Of a stretch of DNA of 64,000 nucleotides, positions 1 through 10,933 are shown piece by piece. Position 1 is the first letter of the stretch. Every line of letters begins with the position of its first letter. Position numbers and translations under genes: made by a program. The notes below the pieces were generated by a model, which had not been told where the DNA came from, ran no database searches, and saw only the letters and a program-made list of their open reading frames with translations. The DNA is from Microcoleus sp. (GTDB lineage Bacteria > Cyanobacteriota > Cyanobacteriia > Cyanobacteriales > Microcoleaceae), in NCBI GenBank assembly GCA_042408215.1, contig JAYFMW010000005.1:192001-256000 (forward strand), given 5' to 3'.

Positions 1-103
1 TATCAAATCCGGTAGCATCGGAATTATTCATCTCTCTCTTCTCTCCCTCTGCGCCCTCTGCGCCCTCTGCGGTTAAATCATTCCGATGCAACCGGAAACG
101 ATA
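1..103. repeat. MITE-like dispersed element with imperfect terminal inverted repeats
   Basis: TATCAAATCCGGTAGCATCG...CGATGCAACCGGAAACGATAT; near-identical copy at ~28429-28532 and an inverted, interrupted copy at ~13851-14035. Confidence 0.8.
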
Positions 104-104
104 T

Positions 105-158
105 GACTAATAACTAATGACTAATGACTAATGACTAATGACTAATGACTAACTAATG
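105..158. repeat. Heptamer tandem repeat (ACTAATG)n, STRR type
   Basis: Directly visible tandem units. Confidence 0.9.
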
Positions 159-446
159 TAAAAACTTGCGGACTTGATATTCGCGGCTTTCCGCGAGCGG
201 CATTTGCAAATCCCCCATTTTGGCATCCAACTCATCGATGACGCTTTGCGGAACCGACTTCCAAAGCTCTTTAGTTTGCCAGCGAATCACTATCACCACC
301 TCATTTTGTACCGGATCTACCCAAATTTATTTTCCCAAAAAACCGGGAACACTTCTTAATCCAGCAGTCCAAACTTCCTCATCTCGCTGAATAAATTCCT
401 CCCACTTTTCTGGAGGTACTTGAAATTTAAGCCACTCGATTACCAT
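153..446 (-). pseudogene. TIGR03792-like small cyanobacterial protein with an in-frame TAA at codon 40
   Basis: Manual translation MVIEWLKFQVPPEKWEEFIQRDEEVWTAGLRSVPGFLGK*IWVDP...EYQVRKFLH*; stop at 327-329; not in ORF track. Confidence 0.7.
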
Positions 447-551
447 ATTATTTATTTTCCGGTTGCATTGTTATTATTTTAGTAGTAATGTGCGTCAAAA
501 TGGCGTTATTTCCTCGATTATCGATCGGCCAATAGCTGACGCACCCTACAA

Positions 552-2771
552 TTAACTTTTGCCTATCGCAATTTTAACGATCAACTCTGTTCCCTCTCCG
601 GGGCGAGAAAAACACTGCAATTGACCGCCGTGTTTTTCGACTACTAAATGGTGAGATATTGACAGGCCCAAACCTGTGTTCGTTACTAGGGGTTTAGTAG
701 TAAATAAAGGGTCAAAGATGCAGCCCAGGACTTCTGGTGTCATGCCAGGGCCATTGTCGCTAATGGCGATCGCCACTTCACTTTCCCCTACCAACTCCGT
801 CCGAATCCGAATTTCAGGATTCAATATTTGAGATTCCGATTTGTCTGAAAATAACGGAGACTGACTTGGGATTATACCATATTTTTCGGGATTTTTACCC
901 CCTTCTTCCAAAGCATCGAGCGCATTTGTTAACAAGTGCATGAACACTTGATTTAGCTGTCCGGCATAGCACTGGACTCGCGGCAAATCTCCGTATTCTT
1001 TAACGAGAGAAATACCAGGTCGTCCCCCTTTAGCTTGCAGGCGATTTTGCAAGATTAGCAAAGTGCTGTCCAAACCTTCATGGATGTCTGCAAACTTCAT
1101 TTCGGCTTCGTCGGGACGCGAGAACAAGCGGAGCGATCGCACTACATCCCGAATCCTTTCCGAACCCAGTTTCATTGAATTAAGCAGTTTTATCAAGTCT
1201 TGTTTAACAAATTCTAAGTCTAAGTCTTCGGTCAGATCTTGAATTTCCCGCCCTGGATTGGGATAATACTTTTGGTAAAGTTCCACTAAGCGCAGCAGAT
1301 CTTTAACGTACTCGCTGGCGTGGCTGATATTCCCATAAATAAAACTAACAGGATTGTTAATTTCGTGAGCTACTCCTGCTACCAACTGCCCCAGAGACGA
1401 CATCTTTTCTGTTTGAATCAATTGAGTTTGAGTGCGCTGCAATACTAACAGCATTTCCTCCAACTTCGCCGCTTGTTCCCGCAGGCTTTGCTCGGATTCT
1501 TGCAAAGCCAAAAGATCCGATTTGCGTTCTGTAATATCCAATCCCACAAACACCGCAGCCGTACTTTTTTGGTATTTTTGAGCCACGATTAAATAAGTTT
1601 TGTTCTCTCCTCGGATCCTAGCTGTTACTTCTTGAGATGTCTTTTTCTCACTGGTGGCAAAAAAATCGTATACTAAATCATTAAATTTGGGGCTGGTCTC
1701 TAAAAAACCTACTTGTTGACCATTAAATATTTCGGCGGGTAATTGATAAGCAGCAGCTAAATGCCGATTTACTCCCAAATAACGCAAATCGGAACTTACC
1801 CAAGAAACTAATCCGGGCACAGCGTCCAAGACAGCTTGAAGTTGCTCTTTAGCCTCTAAAAGGGTGGATTCTGCTACTTGGCGATCGCAGATATCGCGGG
1901 CGATCGCCCAGCCGTATTCACAACCAGCGTATTCTAAATAATTGACCTTAACTTCTACGGGCAAACTTGCCCCGCCTTTGGTTGTGTAACAGGATTCAAA
2001 AGTGAGGTTACTTTGGTGTTTGAGTTCCCTCCAGTGCGCGGGCCAATCCGCTGGTGACAACTGCGAATCGATGTCGATAACTCTTAGTTTAAGTATTTCG
2101 GATTGCGAGTATCCTAAAAGATGACAAGCTGCTTGGTTAGCATAGCAAATTTGACCGTCTGAGCTAGTGCATAAAACTACATCAGCGGCACTATCTAGGG
2201 CAATTTGAGTGAGTTCCGATCTTATTTCTAACTGCGGAATTTTGAACTCTGATCTCAATTTTTGGGGGCGATTTATTGATAATTTTTGGTCAGCTACTTC
2301 CTCAATAGATATCATCAAGCCCCCGATGGAACTATCGCTATTTTTCCAAGGCTGAAATGACCATTTTACCCATTCGCCTCCGTCCAATCCGATTTGCTCG
2401 CGCTTAGATGTAGTCCATCGCGCTGCCACAAACTCACTGTATTGCAACACTCCCGCCAAACAAGCCCGGGCATTTTGCCACCAATATTCCGGGAGATTGG
2501 GAAACAGTTCCCAATGATACCCACCAATTGCGTCGCCGCCACAGGAGTCAAAATCTGTTTCCCAGCGACGAGAAACACACAGATAGCGCATTTCGGCATC
2601 TACCATTGCTACGGCATCGGGTGAGTGTTCCACCAACCGCTGAAATCGCTCTTTCTCTTTGATAACACCTTCGGACACGGCTGCCTCTGCGGATTGGTGG
2701 ACCATCAAAGTTTTCCCCTCTGCATACCCGATCAGTACCTGACTTTTTTGCTGAACTGGCTTAGTTTGCAC
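552..2771 (-). CDS. Multi-PAS sensor histidine kinase
   Basis: PAS repeats, H-box VAGVAHEINNP, N-box QLNQVFMHLLTNA, G-boxes DNGPG/TGLGL. Confidence 0.9.
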   Translation of the reverse strand: MQTKPVQQKSQVLIGYAEGKTLMVHQSAEAAVSEGVIKEKERFQRLVEHSPDAVAMVDAEMRYLCVSRRWETDFDSCGGDAIGGYHWELFPNLPEYWWQNARACLAGVLQYSEFVAARWTTSKREQIGLDGGEWVKWSFQPWKNSDSSIGGLMISIEEVADQKLSINRPQKLRSEFKIPQLEIRSELTQIALDSAADVVLCTSSDGQICYANQAACHLLGYSQSEILKLRVIDIDSQLSPADWPAHWRELKHQSNLTFESCYTTKGGASLPVEVKVNYLEYAGCEYGWAIARDICDRQVAESTLLEAKEQLQAVLDAVPGLVSWVSSDLRYLGVNRHLAAAYQLPAEIFNGQQVGFLETSPKFNDLVYDFFATSEKKTSQEVTARIRGENKTYLIVAQKYQKSTAAVFVGLDITERKSDLLALQESEQSLREQAAKLEEMLLVLQRTQTQLIQTEKMSSLGQLVAGVAHEINNPVSFIYGNISHASEYVKDLLRLVELYQKYYPNPGREIQDLTEDLDLEFVKQDLIKLLNSMKLGSERIRDVVRSLRLFSRPDEAEMKFADIHEGLDSTLLILQNRLQAKGGRPGISLVKEYGDLPRVQCYAGQLNQVFMHLLTNALDALEEGGKNPEKYGIIPSQSPLFSDKSESQILNPEIRIRTELVGESEVAIAISDNGPGMTPEVLGCIFDPLFTTKPLVTNTGLGLSISHHLVVEKHGGQLQCFSRPGEGTELIVKIAIGKS

Positions 2772-3008
2772 GGTTTGGGCTTTCCTCCATATTTGTCAAC
2801 TTGGCAAAATTTTGTTTAACAGCAAAAGTGTTTTTACCCTGATTTGATCGATCGCACCAACCCCCTGGAGGGTCTCACCCATCATTCATATCATTTTTGA
2901 TGGGGATTTGTCTATAGGTGCTAGAGGTGCTAGCAAAATTTTTGCGGAAATCGTGACCATTCAAGGATTTTCTAGTTTGAGACTCCCTGCTCTTTGATCT
3001 CATACCGC

Positions 3009-3431
3009 TCAGACAAATTTGTGCGTAAATTCACTGATAAAATCCACTCTCCCTTGGCGTAACATTGCGGTATCTAGTCTTTCAGTCCTGTTGCACGTCA
3101 TCAAAACTACGAGTTTCTGCTGAAATTGAATACCATCTTCATCAATCACCTCTTTGATAACATATTGATACAAAGTTCCATCCAGCCAACTCACAATGTG
3201 TTCGGTTTTGTTAGTGCGCTGGGCTGAGGCCGTCGATCTATCTTGTGCATTATTATCAGCTTCATTGATAATAATGCAAATCCGCTCTAAATAACTGGGA
3301 GGCACAAAACTCTTTGATAACATCTCACAGCATCGTGGTCTCAGATAAAAATTACATAACCCAGAGGTACTAAACTCTTTGATAACATACTCTTCGCAGA
3401 CTGACTGACGGGAGGAATTCTCAAATCTCAA
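3009..3431 (-). pseudogene. Degenerate C-terminal fragment of an AAA ATPase
   Basis: Walker-B-like IIINEAD and SRH-like VVLMTCNRTERLDTAMLRQGRVD; no Walker A. Confidence 0.45.
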
Positions 3432-3654
3432 ATCTCAAATCGGCTGACAGGGGCGATCTGAGAAAATCAGTCCTCAGATTGATAAAATCCTATCCAACTG
3501 CCAATAAAATTTGATGTAACTCGCTGACAGTGACTGCCTGACGCCGAGTCCAGATTTAAACGAAGAGGTAAAAAATATTGCAGCCGCTGGTACAACTTAA
3601 AAAATAGAGATAATGGATATGGATGCGAGTAGATTAGGTGTCAGCAGTCAATCG

Positions 3655-3772
3655 ATTTTAGATTTTAGATTTTAGATTTTAGATTTACCCCACGTATAAA
3701 TGCGGGGGCTTGAGGATTTTAGATTTGGGATTTTGGATTGATTCCACGGATAAATCCGGGGGCTTGTACCAC
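3655..3772. repeat. (GATTTTA)n tandem repeats with two CCACG.ATAAAT..GGGGGCTTG units
   Basis: Directly visible. Confidence 0.75.
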
Positions 3773-3808
3773 CTTTGAAATTATTGGTCAGGGGAGAAAA
3801 AACAAACA

Positions 3809-6550
3809 ATGGAAATTGAACCACGCATTCCGGGTAAAGCCGAGCGCGATCTACCGGACTCGGGCGATCGTCCCAGCAACCTCTTTGACAACATACTGAT
3901 CGCAAAAAAACTAGACTCGTCGCTTCAAGAATGTTTAGATTTCCGCATAGCGATCGACCGATCGGCACTGGCGGTGAGGACAGACGGCGAAGGAATTATC
4001 AATTACGTCAGCGATCGAGTTTGCTCGATTTCTAAATATTCGCGAACCGAACTACTCGGCTCCCACTTCGGCATCCTCCATTCGGAATATAAATCTTCAG
4101 AATTAATCATACTTTTCGATAACATACTGCGGTCGATATTGACAAAAGGTGAAGTTTGGGAAGGAGAAATTAAAAATTTAGCCAAAGATGGCACTGATTA
4201 TTGGGTACAGGGGGTGATAGTTCCATTCCTGGATTTTAAAGGAAAGCCAGAGCAATATTTAGCGATCGGATTCGACATCACACAGCACAAAGCCGTCGCA
4301 GCAGCACTAGCAGCAGTCAACCGCGCCAAAGACGAATTTTTGGGGATCGCCTCCCACGAACTGCGATCGCCCCTCAGCGCCATTTTGGGTTGGGTGCAGC
4401 TAGCGCGATCGCGGAAACTAAACGAAGCCACTACCAGCCGTGCTTTGGAAATCATCGAGCGCAACGCCAGAGTACAAAACCAGCAAATAGACAATCTCCT
4501 CGATCTTTCGCGGCTGTTGCGTGGCCAAGTGAGCCTCAACATCGGTCGAGTTTACATCCCATCAGTCATAGAATCCGCGATCGACATTCTGGGCCCTATG
4601 GCAGATGCCAAAAACATTCGCATCGAAAAATCTTTCGACCCCGCAGTCAGCTACATTTTGGGAGATGCAGAACGGTTGCAGCAAGTAGTCTGGAACCTGC
4701 TTTCCAACGCCATCAAATTTACCCCGGAATCGGTGGCGGGGGTAATTCAAATAGCGATCGAGTCTACTCCCTCATCCGTCCTGATTCGGTTTAGCGACAG
4801 CGGTTACGGGATCGACGGGAAATTTCTGCCTCACATCTTTGACTACTTCCGCCCCGCAGATTCCTGGAATCACAAGGAACAGCACCGGCTCGGCCTGGGA
4901 CTCTCAATTGTACGACAGTTGGTGGAACTGCACGGGGGAACTATTTCGGCTGCGAGTCCCGGAATCGGTGAGGGGACTACGTTTGTGGTGCAGCTACCGC
5001 TGGTGAACAGTCAAAATGCGATCGATCGCCGCATCGCGATCGGCCCAATCGAGAAACCGGAGGCAGTTCCTAAACCCCTAGCGGGGAAGCAAGTGCTGGT
5101 GGTTGACAGCAGCGCCGAGAGCGGGGAATTTCCGAAAAGTGCGATCGAAGCACTTGGAGCCCAAGTCAAGGTAGTGGCTACGGTGGGCGAAGCCATGAGC
5201 GAGTTAGAACAGTCGCGGCCCGACCTGTTGGTCAGCGACATTGGGATGCCAGAATCAGATGGGTGGGATTTGATCCGTCGCCTCAGAACTATGGAAACCT
5301 CCCAGCAAAGGCAACTGCTACCCGCCCTAGCGCTCACCGACCGCCTCTTTGAAGAGGATTCGGCATCCGTTCTGGAGGCGGGTTTTCAGAAGCATTTGTC
5401 GAAGCCGGTGACACCGAATCAGTTGGTGAGCGCGATCGTCCAATTGGCGGGAGTGACTGGACTCGACCCGGGAGAGTGGGGCCTCGGAAATAAGGAAGCG
5501 ATCGCCCCTCAAAATGTACTGCTAGAGGCTAACAGTTCCGCAGCGAAAATAACAGAGGAAAAATCAGCAATTGATCGCGAAGAGTTACCGCTGATCCTCG
5601 TAGTAGAAGATAACAATTTTTTACTAACTTACCTGCAAACTTTACTGAAGCCCTACTACCGAGTAGCTGTGGCTGGTGACGGTATTGAAGGCTTGGAAAA
5701 AGCCAAAAAATTGCTACCAAATTTGATTTTGAGCGACCAAATCATGCCCCTAAAAAACGGGCTGGATTTGCTCAAGGAAATTCGGAATACAGCGGAATTG
5801 AGAGCGACTCCAGTCATCTTTTTGACAGCGCGATCGGGCATGGAAGCTCGAATTGAAAGTTTGGATGCTGGTGCTGACGATTATATTTCTAAGCCCTGTG
5901 ACGAGAGGGAACTGCTGGCGAGGGTGAGAAATTTATTGCGATCGCACGCAGCCGAACAGCAATTGGCGCTACTCAACCGTCAGTTACAGGAGCAAAAACA
6001 GCAATTAGAAACCGCAAATCAAGCCTTACAGTATTTAGCAACCTATGACAGTTTAACGGAGCTAAAAAATCGTCGGTGTTTAAATGAATATCTCGATACT
6101 GAATGGCGGCGTTTGGCGAGGGAAGAAGCGCCACTGTCTTTGATTATGTGCGATATTGATTATTTCAAACTTTACAACGACACCTACGGCCACCAAGCCG
6201 GGGATGAATGTTTGCGACAAGTGGCTGGTGTTTTACGGAGCTCGTTGAAGCGTCCCGCCGATTTAGTGGCGCGTTACGGGGGCGAGGAATTTGTGGTTGT
6301 TTTGCCAAATACGGATATTGAAGGTGCGACTCGCGTTGCTGAATTTATCCGCGCCGAAGTGCAGGGTTTGCAGATAATTCACGCTAAGTCCGCTGTCAGT
6401 CAATATGTCACGCTGAGTCTGGGGGTAGCTTGGTGCATTCCGGCGCCCCACAAGCCGCCTGAAACGCTAATTGCGATCGCCGACGAGTATCTCTACCGCG
6501 CGAAAAACGAAGGGCGCGATCGGGTTTCGGTTGCCAAATTTCAAGGATAA
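3809..6550 (+). CDS. Hybrid histidine kinase / diguanylate cyclase (PAS-HisKA-HATPase-REC-REC-GGDEF)
   Basis: ASHELRSPL H-box, NLLSNAIKFT, two receiver domains (VSDIGMP; LSDQIMP), RPADLVARYGGEEF. Confidence 0.9.
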   Translation: MEIEPRIPGKAERDLPDSGDRPSNLFDNILIAKKLDSSLQECLDFRIAIDRSALAVRTDGEGIINYVSDRVCSISKYSRTELLGSHFGILHSEYKSSELIILFDNILRSILTKGEVWEGEIKNLAKDGTDYWVQGVIVPFLDFKGKPEQYLAIGFDITQHKAVAAALAAVNRAKDEFLGIASHELRSPLSAILGWVQLARSRKLNEATTSRALEIIERNARVQNQQIDNLLDLSRLLRGQVSLNIGRVYIPSVIESAIDILGPMADAKNIRIEKSFDPAVSYILGDAERLQQVVWNLLSNAIKFTPESVAGVIQIAIESTPSSVLIRFSDSGYGIDGKFLPHIFDYFRPADSWNHKEQHRLGLGLSIVRQLVELHGGTISAASPGIGEGTTFVVQLPLVNSQNAIDRRIAIGPIEKPEAVPKPLAGKQVLVVDSSAESGEFPKSAIEALGAQVKVVATVGEAMSELEQSRPDLLVSDIGMPESDGWDLIRRLRTMETSQQRQLLPALALTDRLFEEDSASVLEAGFQKHLSKPVTPNQLVSAIVQLAGVTGLDPGEWGLGNKEAIAPQNVLLEANSSAAKITEEKSAIDREELPLILVVEDNNFLLTYLQTLLKPYYRVAVAGDGIEGLEKAKKLLPNLILSDQIMPLKNGLDLLKEIRNTAELRATPVIFLTARSGMEARIESLDAGADDYISKPCDERELLARVRNLLRSHAAEQQLALLNRQLQEQKQQLETANQALQYLATYDSLTELKNRRCLNEYLDTEWRRLAREEAPLSLIMCDIDYFKLYNDTYGHQAGDECLRQVAGVLRSSLKRPADLVARYGGEEFVVVLPNTDIEGATRVAEFIRAEVQGLQIIHAKSAVSQYVTLSLGVAWCIPAPHKPPETLIAIADEYLYRAKNEGRDRVSVAKFQG

Positions 6551-6570
6551 TATAATAGTTAAATCAACTT

Positions 6571-6634
6571 GTAGGGTGCGTCAGACATCGATAGTTTCGA
6601 TTTAAACTGGTTTTTCGGCTCTGACGCACCCTAC
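6571..6634. repeat. GTAG-type REP-like palindrome
   Basis: GTAGGGTGCGTCAGA...TCTGACGCACCCTAC perfect 15-bp inverted repeat; half copy at ~537-549. Confidence 0.8.
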
Positions 6635-6682
6635 CAATGTGCGAATTCAAATTGCTATAAAATAGTTAAAGGAGGTCGTGCC

Positions 6683-7094
6683 ATGACAGCAACATTAGAC
6701 AAACCAAAAGACCAGCGGCTAATTCACTCCGGGATTGATTGGCAACAATTCAAGCTAATCGAGCAGGGGTTTTATGACGAAGTAGAAATCTTGGCAGTTT
6801 CGCATTCGTCACGATATCAAGTCCTCTTGATTAGCTGTCATTCTGAATGCAGTGAAGAATCTCGCCCGATGCAACGCTTGACTACGTTCCACTCAGCATG
6901 ACAAGCAAGTACCCGAAGTTTGGTTTTGGGAAGACGGATTATTGGCCCTCGATCACTTGCGATCGCAGGGTTATGAAAAAAGTGCATGAAGCGAAATGTT
7001 GCCAGATTTAGACATGAATTTGTTGTCTCGCTGTCTGCTGATGGCTTCTAGGATTGAAGCTGTTAAAGAGTTCCGGCGTGGCTCTGGAGATTAG
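6683..7094 (+). pseudogene. Uma2 (DUF820)-family endonuclease remnant, internally deleted and interrupted
   Basis: N-terminus QRLIHSGIDWQQFKLIEQG; C-terminus VPEVWFWEDG...GYEKSA*SEMLPDLD; TGTCAT...ATGACA palindromic insert at 6836-6903. Confidence 0.75.
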
Positions 7095-7457
7095 ATAAAA
7101 AGTGTATTCTACTTCACAAATTATTCAGCAACTTAACAGGAATATGTGACAATTCCTATTGCTCATGGTGAAATTGACTCCCAACTCATTGTTTACGTTG
7201 TAAATGCCGTATTTGACGATCGCGAATCTGTTGCTGTTATCAGAAATTCTTAAACCAGGCTCTTGACTTATTGTAGTATACTCGTACTATAACACGAAGA
7301 AGAAGCCCACCCTCGATGGAAGGTGGGCTCAGTTCATACCAGCTTACGGACAGCTAGGTAATCGGGTCTCTGGAAAGCTAGACGAACAAATTCATAAAAA
7401 GATCCATTCCTTCGGAAAAACCGATCGCCAACAGTTAAGCTTCAGCTAACCGATCGA

Positions 7458-8303
7458 CTAAGCATCGTCATCGTGAGCAAAGCGATGGAACAGGAAATCT
7501 AGAGCGTAGTTCCGCAGGTTGTAGTATTCTGGATCTTCCATAATCTGAACCCGATCGCGCGGGCGAGGAAAAGGAATCTCCAAAACCTCGCCAATTGTCG
7601 CCGATGGGCCATTAGTCATCATCACCAGGCGATCGGCCAAAAACAAAGCCTCATCAATATCGTGAGTAATCATCAACACAGTACAGCGGTGATCGTTCCA
7701 GATTTTCAGCAACTCTTCCTGCAATTCCTCCTTAGTAATTGCGTCCAGAGCACCAAAAGGTTCGTCTAAAATCAGCACTTTCGGGCGAATTGCCAAAGCG
7801 CGGGCGATGGAAACCCGCTGCTTCATCCCCCCCGAAATTTGCGGAGGTCTTTTCTCAGCAGCTTCAGTCAATCCCACCATCGCCAAATGCTCATTGACGA
7901 TCGCATTTTTTTCCACCTTCGACTTATCGGGAAATACAGCATTAACAGCTAGATAAACATTTTCAAACACCGTCCGCCAAGGTAGCAAAGCATAACCCTG
8001 AAACACCACCATGCGATCGGGGCCCGGCTGCGTAATCTGCTGGCCGTTAATCATCACCCTACCTTCGCTAGGATGGCTAAAACCGGACACCATATTTAAC
8101 AGCGTTGACTTACCACAACCTGAGTGTCCAATGAGCGTAATAAACTCACCCTCAGCTACAGTCAAGTTGACGTTTTCTAAAGCTCTGTAACCGTTTGGAT
8201 ATGATTTGTGAACATTGTCCATCACCAAAAAAGGTTTCCGGCGATCCTGTCCTTTCTTGTTTTGCTTTTTGGTGTCGATCTGCGTCGTAGTGGTTTTGAG
8301 CAT
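7458..8303 (-). CDS. cmpD: Bicarbonate ABC transporter ATP-binding subunit
   Basis: GHSGCGKST, ISGGMKQR, LDEPF; last gene of the cmpABC operon. Confidence 0.85.
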   Translation of the reverse strand: MLKTTTTQIDTKKQNKKGQDRRKPFLVMDNVHKSYPNGYRALENVNLTVAEGEFITLIGHSGCGKSTLLNMVSGFSHPSEGRVMINGQQITQPGPDRMVVFQGYALLPWRTVFENVYLAVNAVFPDKSKVEKNAIVNEHLAMVGLTEAAEKRPPQISGGMKQRVSIARALAIRPKVLILDEPFGALDAITKEELQEELLKIWNDHRCTVLMITHDIDEALFLADRLVMMTNGPSATIGEVLEIPFPRPRDRVQIMEDPEYYNLRNYALDFLFHRFAHDDDA

Positions 8304-8581
8304 GATTTTGGAAATTGTTAGTGGGTTATTGGCGAAGGAAGTTCGGCAACGGATTCTGTAACGGATTTAACGGATGTAACGGAAGTCAGGAAGAGGGAAT
8401 TACCAACTAACAATTAGCAATTACCCTATTTTCATGCAACTGAAAACTGCTCTAACTCATATGTTGCACCATTCTCAAGAAGAGGCAAGATGCCTGTTCC
8501 ACAAAGAGTGAGTTTTATTGTGGGGTGGGCAGGAGATCCCGCCCGTAAAAGGCTTATGGCAAATGGTGCAAAATCTCTGTT

Positions 8582-10582
8582 CTAAGCAGCTCTGCGGCCG
8601 GAATCGAGTATAACTTCGGCCATCGTGAAATCCCGTTTAATTTTCAGATTGTTGAGGTAGCCAATCGGATCGTCAGCATTAAACACCGAACCATCAAATA
8701 AAGGGAGAGAACCGCGATTGTAAGTAATATCCGACATCCCCAACTCTCGCGCCGCCGTGCTGAACGCGCCGACTCGCACAACCCGCTCCAGAATTTCCAC
8801 CCAATTGCGCGGGAAAACAGTATCGCCCCAGCGCGCCATCTGCACCATGTGCCACAGTTGTTCAGTGCGACTCGGACGATTCACCCCGTCTCCGCAGAAC
8901 AAGTGGTGGGCGTATTCCCGCATCGGACTATCGAGGTTACAAGCAACAGAGCTGGGGTCGCCGAGTTGGATGTAACTCTTGTCGGTGGCGACATACTCCC
9001 GTCCCGCCACAATTTCCGAAACCTCGGCGGCGTGAGCTGGATCGGCACAATAGTGAGAAGCTTCCAGCAAAGCTTTGACCAGAGCAATGTGAGTGTTTGG
9101 GTAAGCAGTCGCCCAGTCTTCCCGCACCCCCAGAATTTTCGCGGGATGTCCGGGCCAGAGTTCCAAATCTGTCGCGACTGTAAAGCCGACTCCTTCCATA
9201 GAGGCCCGCAAGTTCCAAGGTTCGCCGACGCAGAAACCGTCAATAGTGCCGCCCTGCAAGTCAACGATCATCTGAGCCGGAGGGATGTTTTTCAGCAACA
9301 CATCGTGATCCGGGTCAATCCCGCCAGCAGCCAGCCAGTAGCGCAGCAGCAGGTTGTGCATGGAAGAAGGGTGCACGATCGCCATACGGTGAGTTTGGGC
9401 GGGCGTTCTCTGGAGCATTTTTTTAAAGTCAGCCAGAGTGTATATCCCTTCGTCGTAAAAGCGCCTCGCGAGGGTAATTCCGTTGCCATTGCGGCTCATA
9501 GTGAGGGCTGTAACCGTTGGTATCGGCTGCTCTTGATGCCCCCCTAAGCTTAACCACATCGCCATCCCAGAGGGCATTTGGGCTGCGTCTAAGTAACCTC
9601 CAGCGATGCCGTCTACGATGCCGCGCCAACTGGTTTCCCGGACGAGGTGGACTTCATCGAGGCCGTGTTTAGCAAACAAGCCTTTTTCTTTGGCGACAGC
9701 GAGGGGAGCGCAGGCTGCGAGGGGGACAAAGCCGAGTTCGAGGTTGACTTTTTCTAGGCCGTGACGGGCGATCGCCGGTACTTTCCGCGCCCGCAGTTTT
9801 TTCACCCGTTTCTGCTGGTTAAGGAAGTAAATCATTTCGCTGCGTAGAGCGTAGTAGCTGGGATGTGTGACGACTTCCATCCGCTTGCGGGGGCGGGGGA
9901 TGTCCACTTCGAGAATCCCGCCAATCTTCGATTCTGGGCCATTGGTGAGCATGACGATGCGATCGCTCAGCAACACCGCCTCATCCACATCGTGAGTCAC
10001 CATCAGAGCACTAATTTCGTACTCTTGGCAAATTTCCATTAATTTCTCTTGCAAATTGCCGCGAGTCAATGCGTCTAGAGCGCCGAAGGGTTCGTCCAAG
10101 AGTAACAGTTTGGGACGCAGGGCCAAAGCGCGGGCGATCGCCACACGCTGTTTTTGTCCGCCGGAAAGCAATGCGGGCTGTTTCTCCGAGTGAGGGCCCA
10201 AGCCCACCATATCGATGTGTTTTTGAATGATGTCGAGGCGCTCGGCTTGCGGTAAACCGTTCATCACCGAGTCTACGGCTAGAGTAATGTTTTCCCTGAC
10301 TGTCCGCCAAGGAAGCAGCGAATAGTTTTGGAATACTACCATGCGATCGGGGCCTGGTTGGGTAATTCTTTGTCCTTCAATTGTCACCAACCCTTCCGTC
10401 GGCAGATCCAAACCTGCGACCATATTTAGCAGCGTAGATTTGCCGCAGCCAGAGTGTCCAATTAAGGAAATAAATTCGCCTTTTTCAATTTCCAGATCGA
10501 TGCCTTTGAGGGCAACATATTTGCCACCATCTGACAAATTAAAAACTTTTTCGAGTTGTTCTACCGCAATCAAAACAGACAT
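8582..10582 (-). CDS. cmpC: Bicarbonate ABC transporter ATP-binding subunit with C-terminal regulatory domain
   Basis: ABC domain plus NrtA-like C-terminus; linker SYYALRSEMIYFLNQQKRVKKL..ARHGLEKVNL resembles CmpC rather than NrtC. Confidence 0.85.
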   Translation of the reverse strand: MSVLIAVEQLEKVFNLSDGGKYVALKGIDLEIEKGEFISLIGHSGCGKSTLLNMVAGLDLPTEGLVTIEGQRITQPGPDRMVVFQNYSLLPWRTVRENITLAVDSVMNGLPQAERLDIIQKHIDMVGLGPHSEKQPALLSGGQKQRVAIARALALRPKLLLLDEPFGALDALTRGNLQEKLMEICQEYEISALMVTHDVDEAVLLSDRIVMLTNGPESKIGGILEVDIPRPRKRMEVVTHPSYYALRSEMIYFLNQQKRVKKLRARKVPAIARHGLEKVNLELGFVPLAACAPLAVAKEKGLFAKHGLDEVHLVRETSWRGIVDGIAGGYLDAAQMPSGMAMWLSLGGHQEQPIPTVTALTMSRNGNGITLARRFYDEGIYTLADFKKMLQRTPAQTHRMAIVHPSSMHNLLLRYWLAAGGIDPDHDVLLKNIPPAQMIVDLQGGTIDGFCVGEPWNLRASMEGVGFTVATDLELWPGHPAKILGVREDWATAYPNTHIALVKALLEASHYCADPAHAAEVSEIVAGREYVATDKSYIQLGDPSSVACNLDSPMREYAHHLFCGDGVNRPSRTEQLWHMVQMARWGDTVFPRNWVEILERVVRVGAFSTAARELGMSDITYNRGSLPLFDGSVFNADDPIGYLNNLKIKRDFTMAEVILDSGRRAA

Positions 10583-10629
10583 GATCTTCTTGCCTTTTTT
10601 GTAGGTTTGTTATTTCGATAGATGTCGCT

Positions 10630-10792
10630 TTTAGTCGAGTCTAGAAACCCCTAAATCCCCCTTAATAAATGGAGTAGGGGTTGACTTTGATCCATTTCCG
10701 GTTCCCCCCTTCTTAAGGGGGGTTAGGGGGGATCTGGGCCTAATCATCAAACAGCAGACCGGTATTACCTTTGACGTTAAGTTGTCACCAAT
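10630..10792. repeat. Dispersed repeat with CCCCCTTAA...TTAAGGGGG hairpin core
   Basis: Similar to 39795-39948. Confidence 0.7.
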
Positions 10793-10933
10793 AGCCAGAG
10801 CCTGGAAGTAGAAATACTTTTACCCCCTTCCGGTAAAAGATGATCTACTTCTTCCCTCTTCTTCCTTCGTGTCCTTCGCGTCTTCGCGGTTAAATAATCC
10901 TAATTCTTCCGGCCCAAAAGAAGTAACTAAAAA

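Noticed and set aside
7300..7340. IS200/605 right-end remnant (GAAGCCCAC...GTGGGCTCAGTTCA)
   Set aside because: Too short, with no left end or ORF; could be the cmpD terminator
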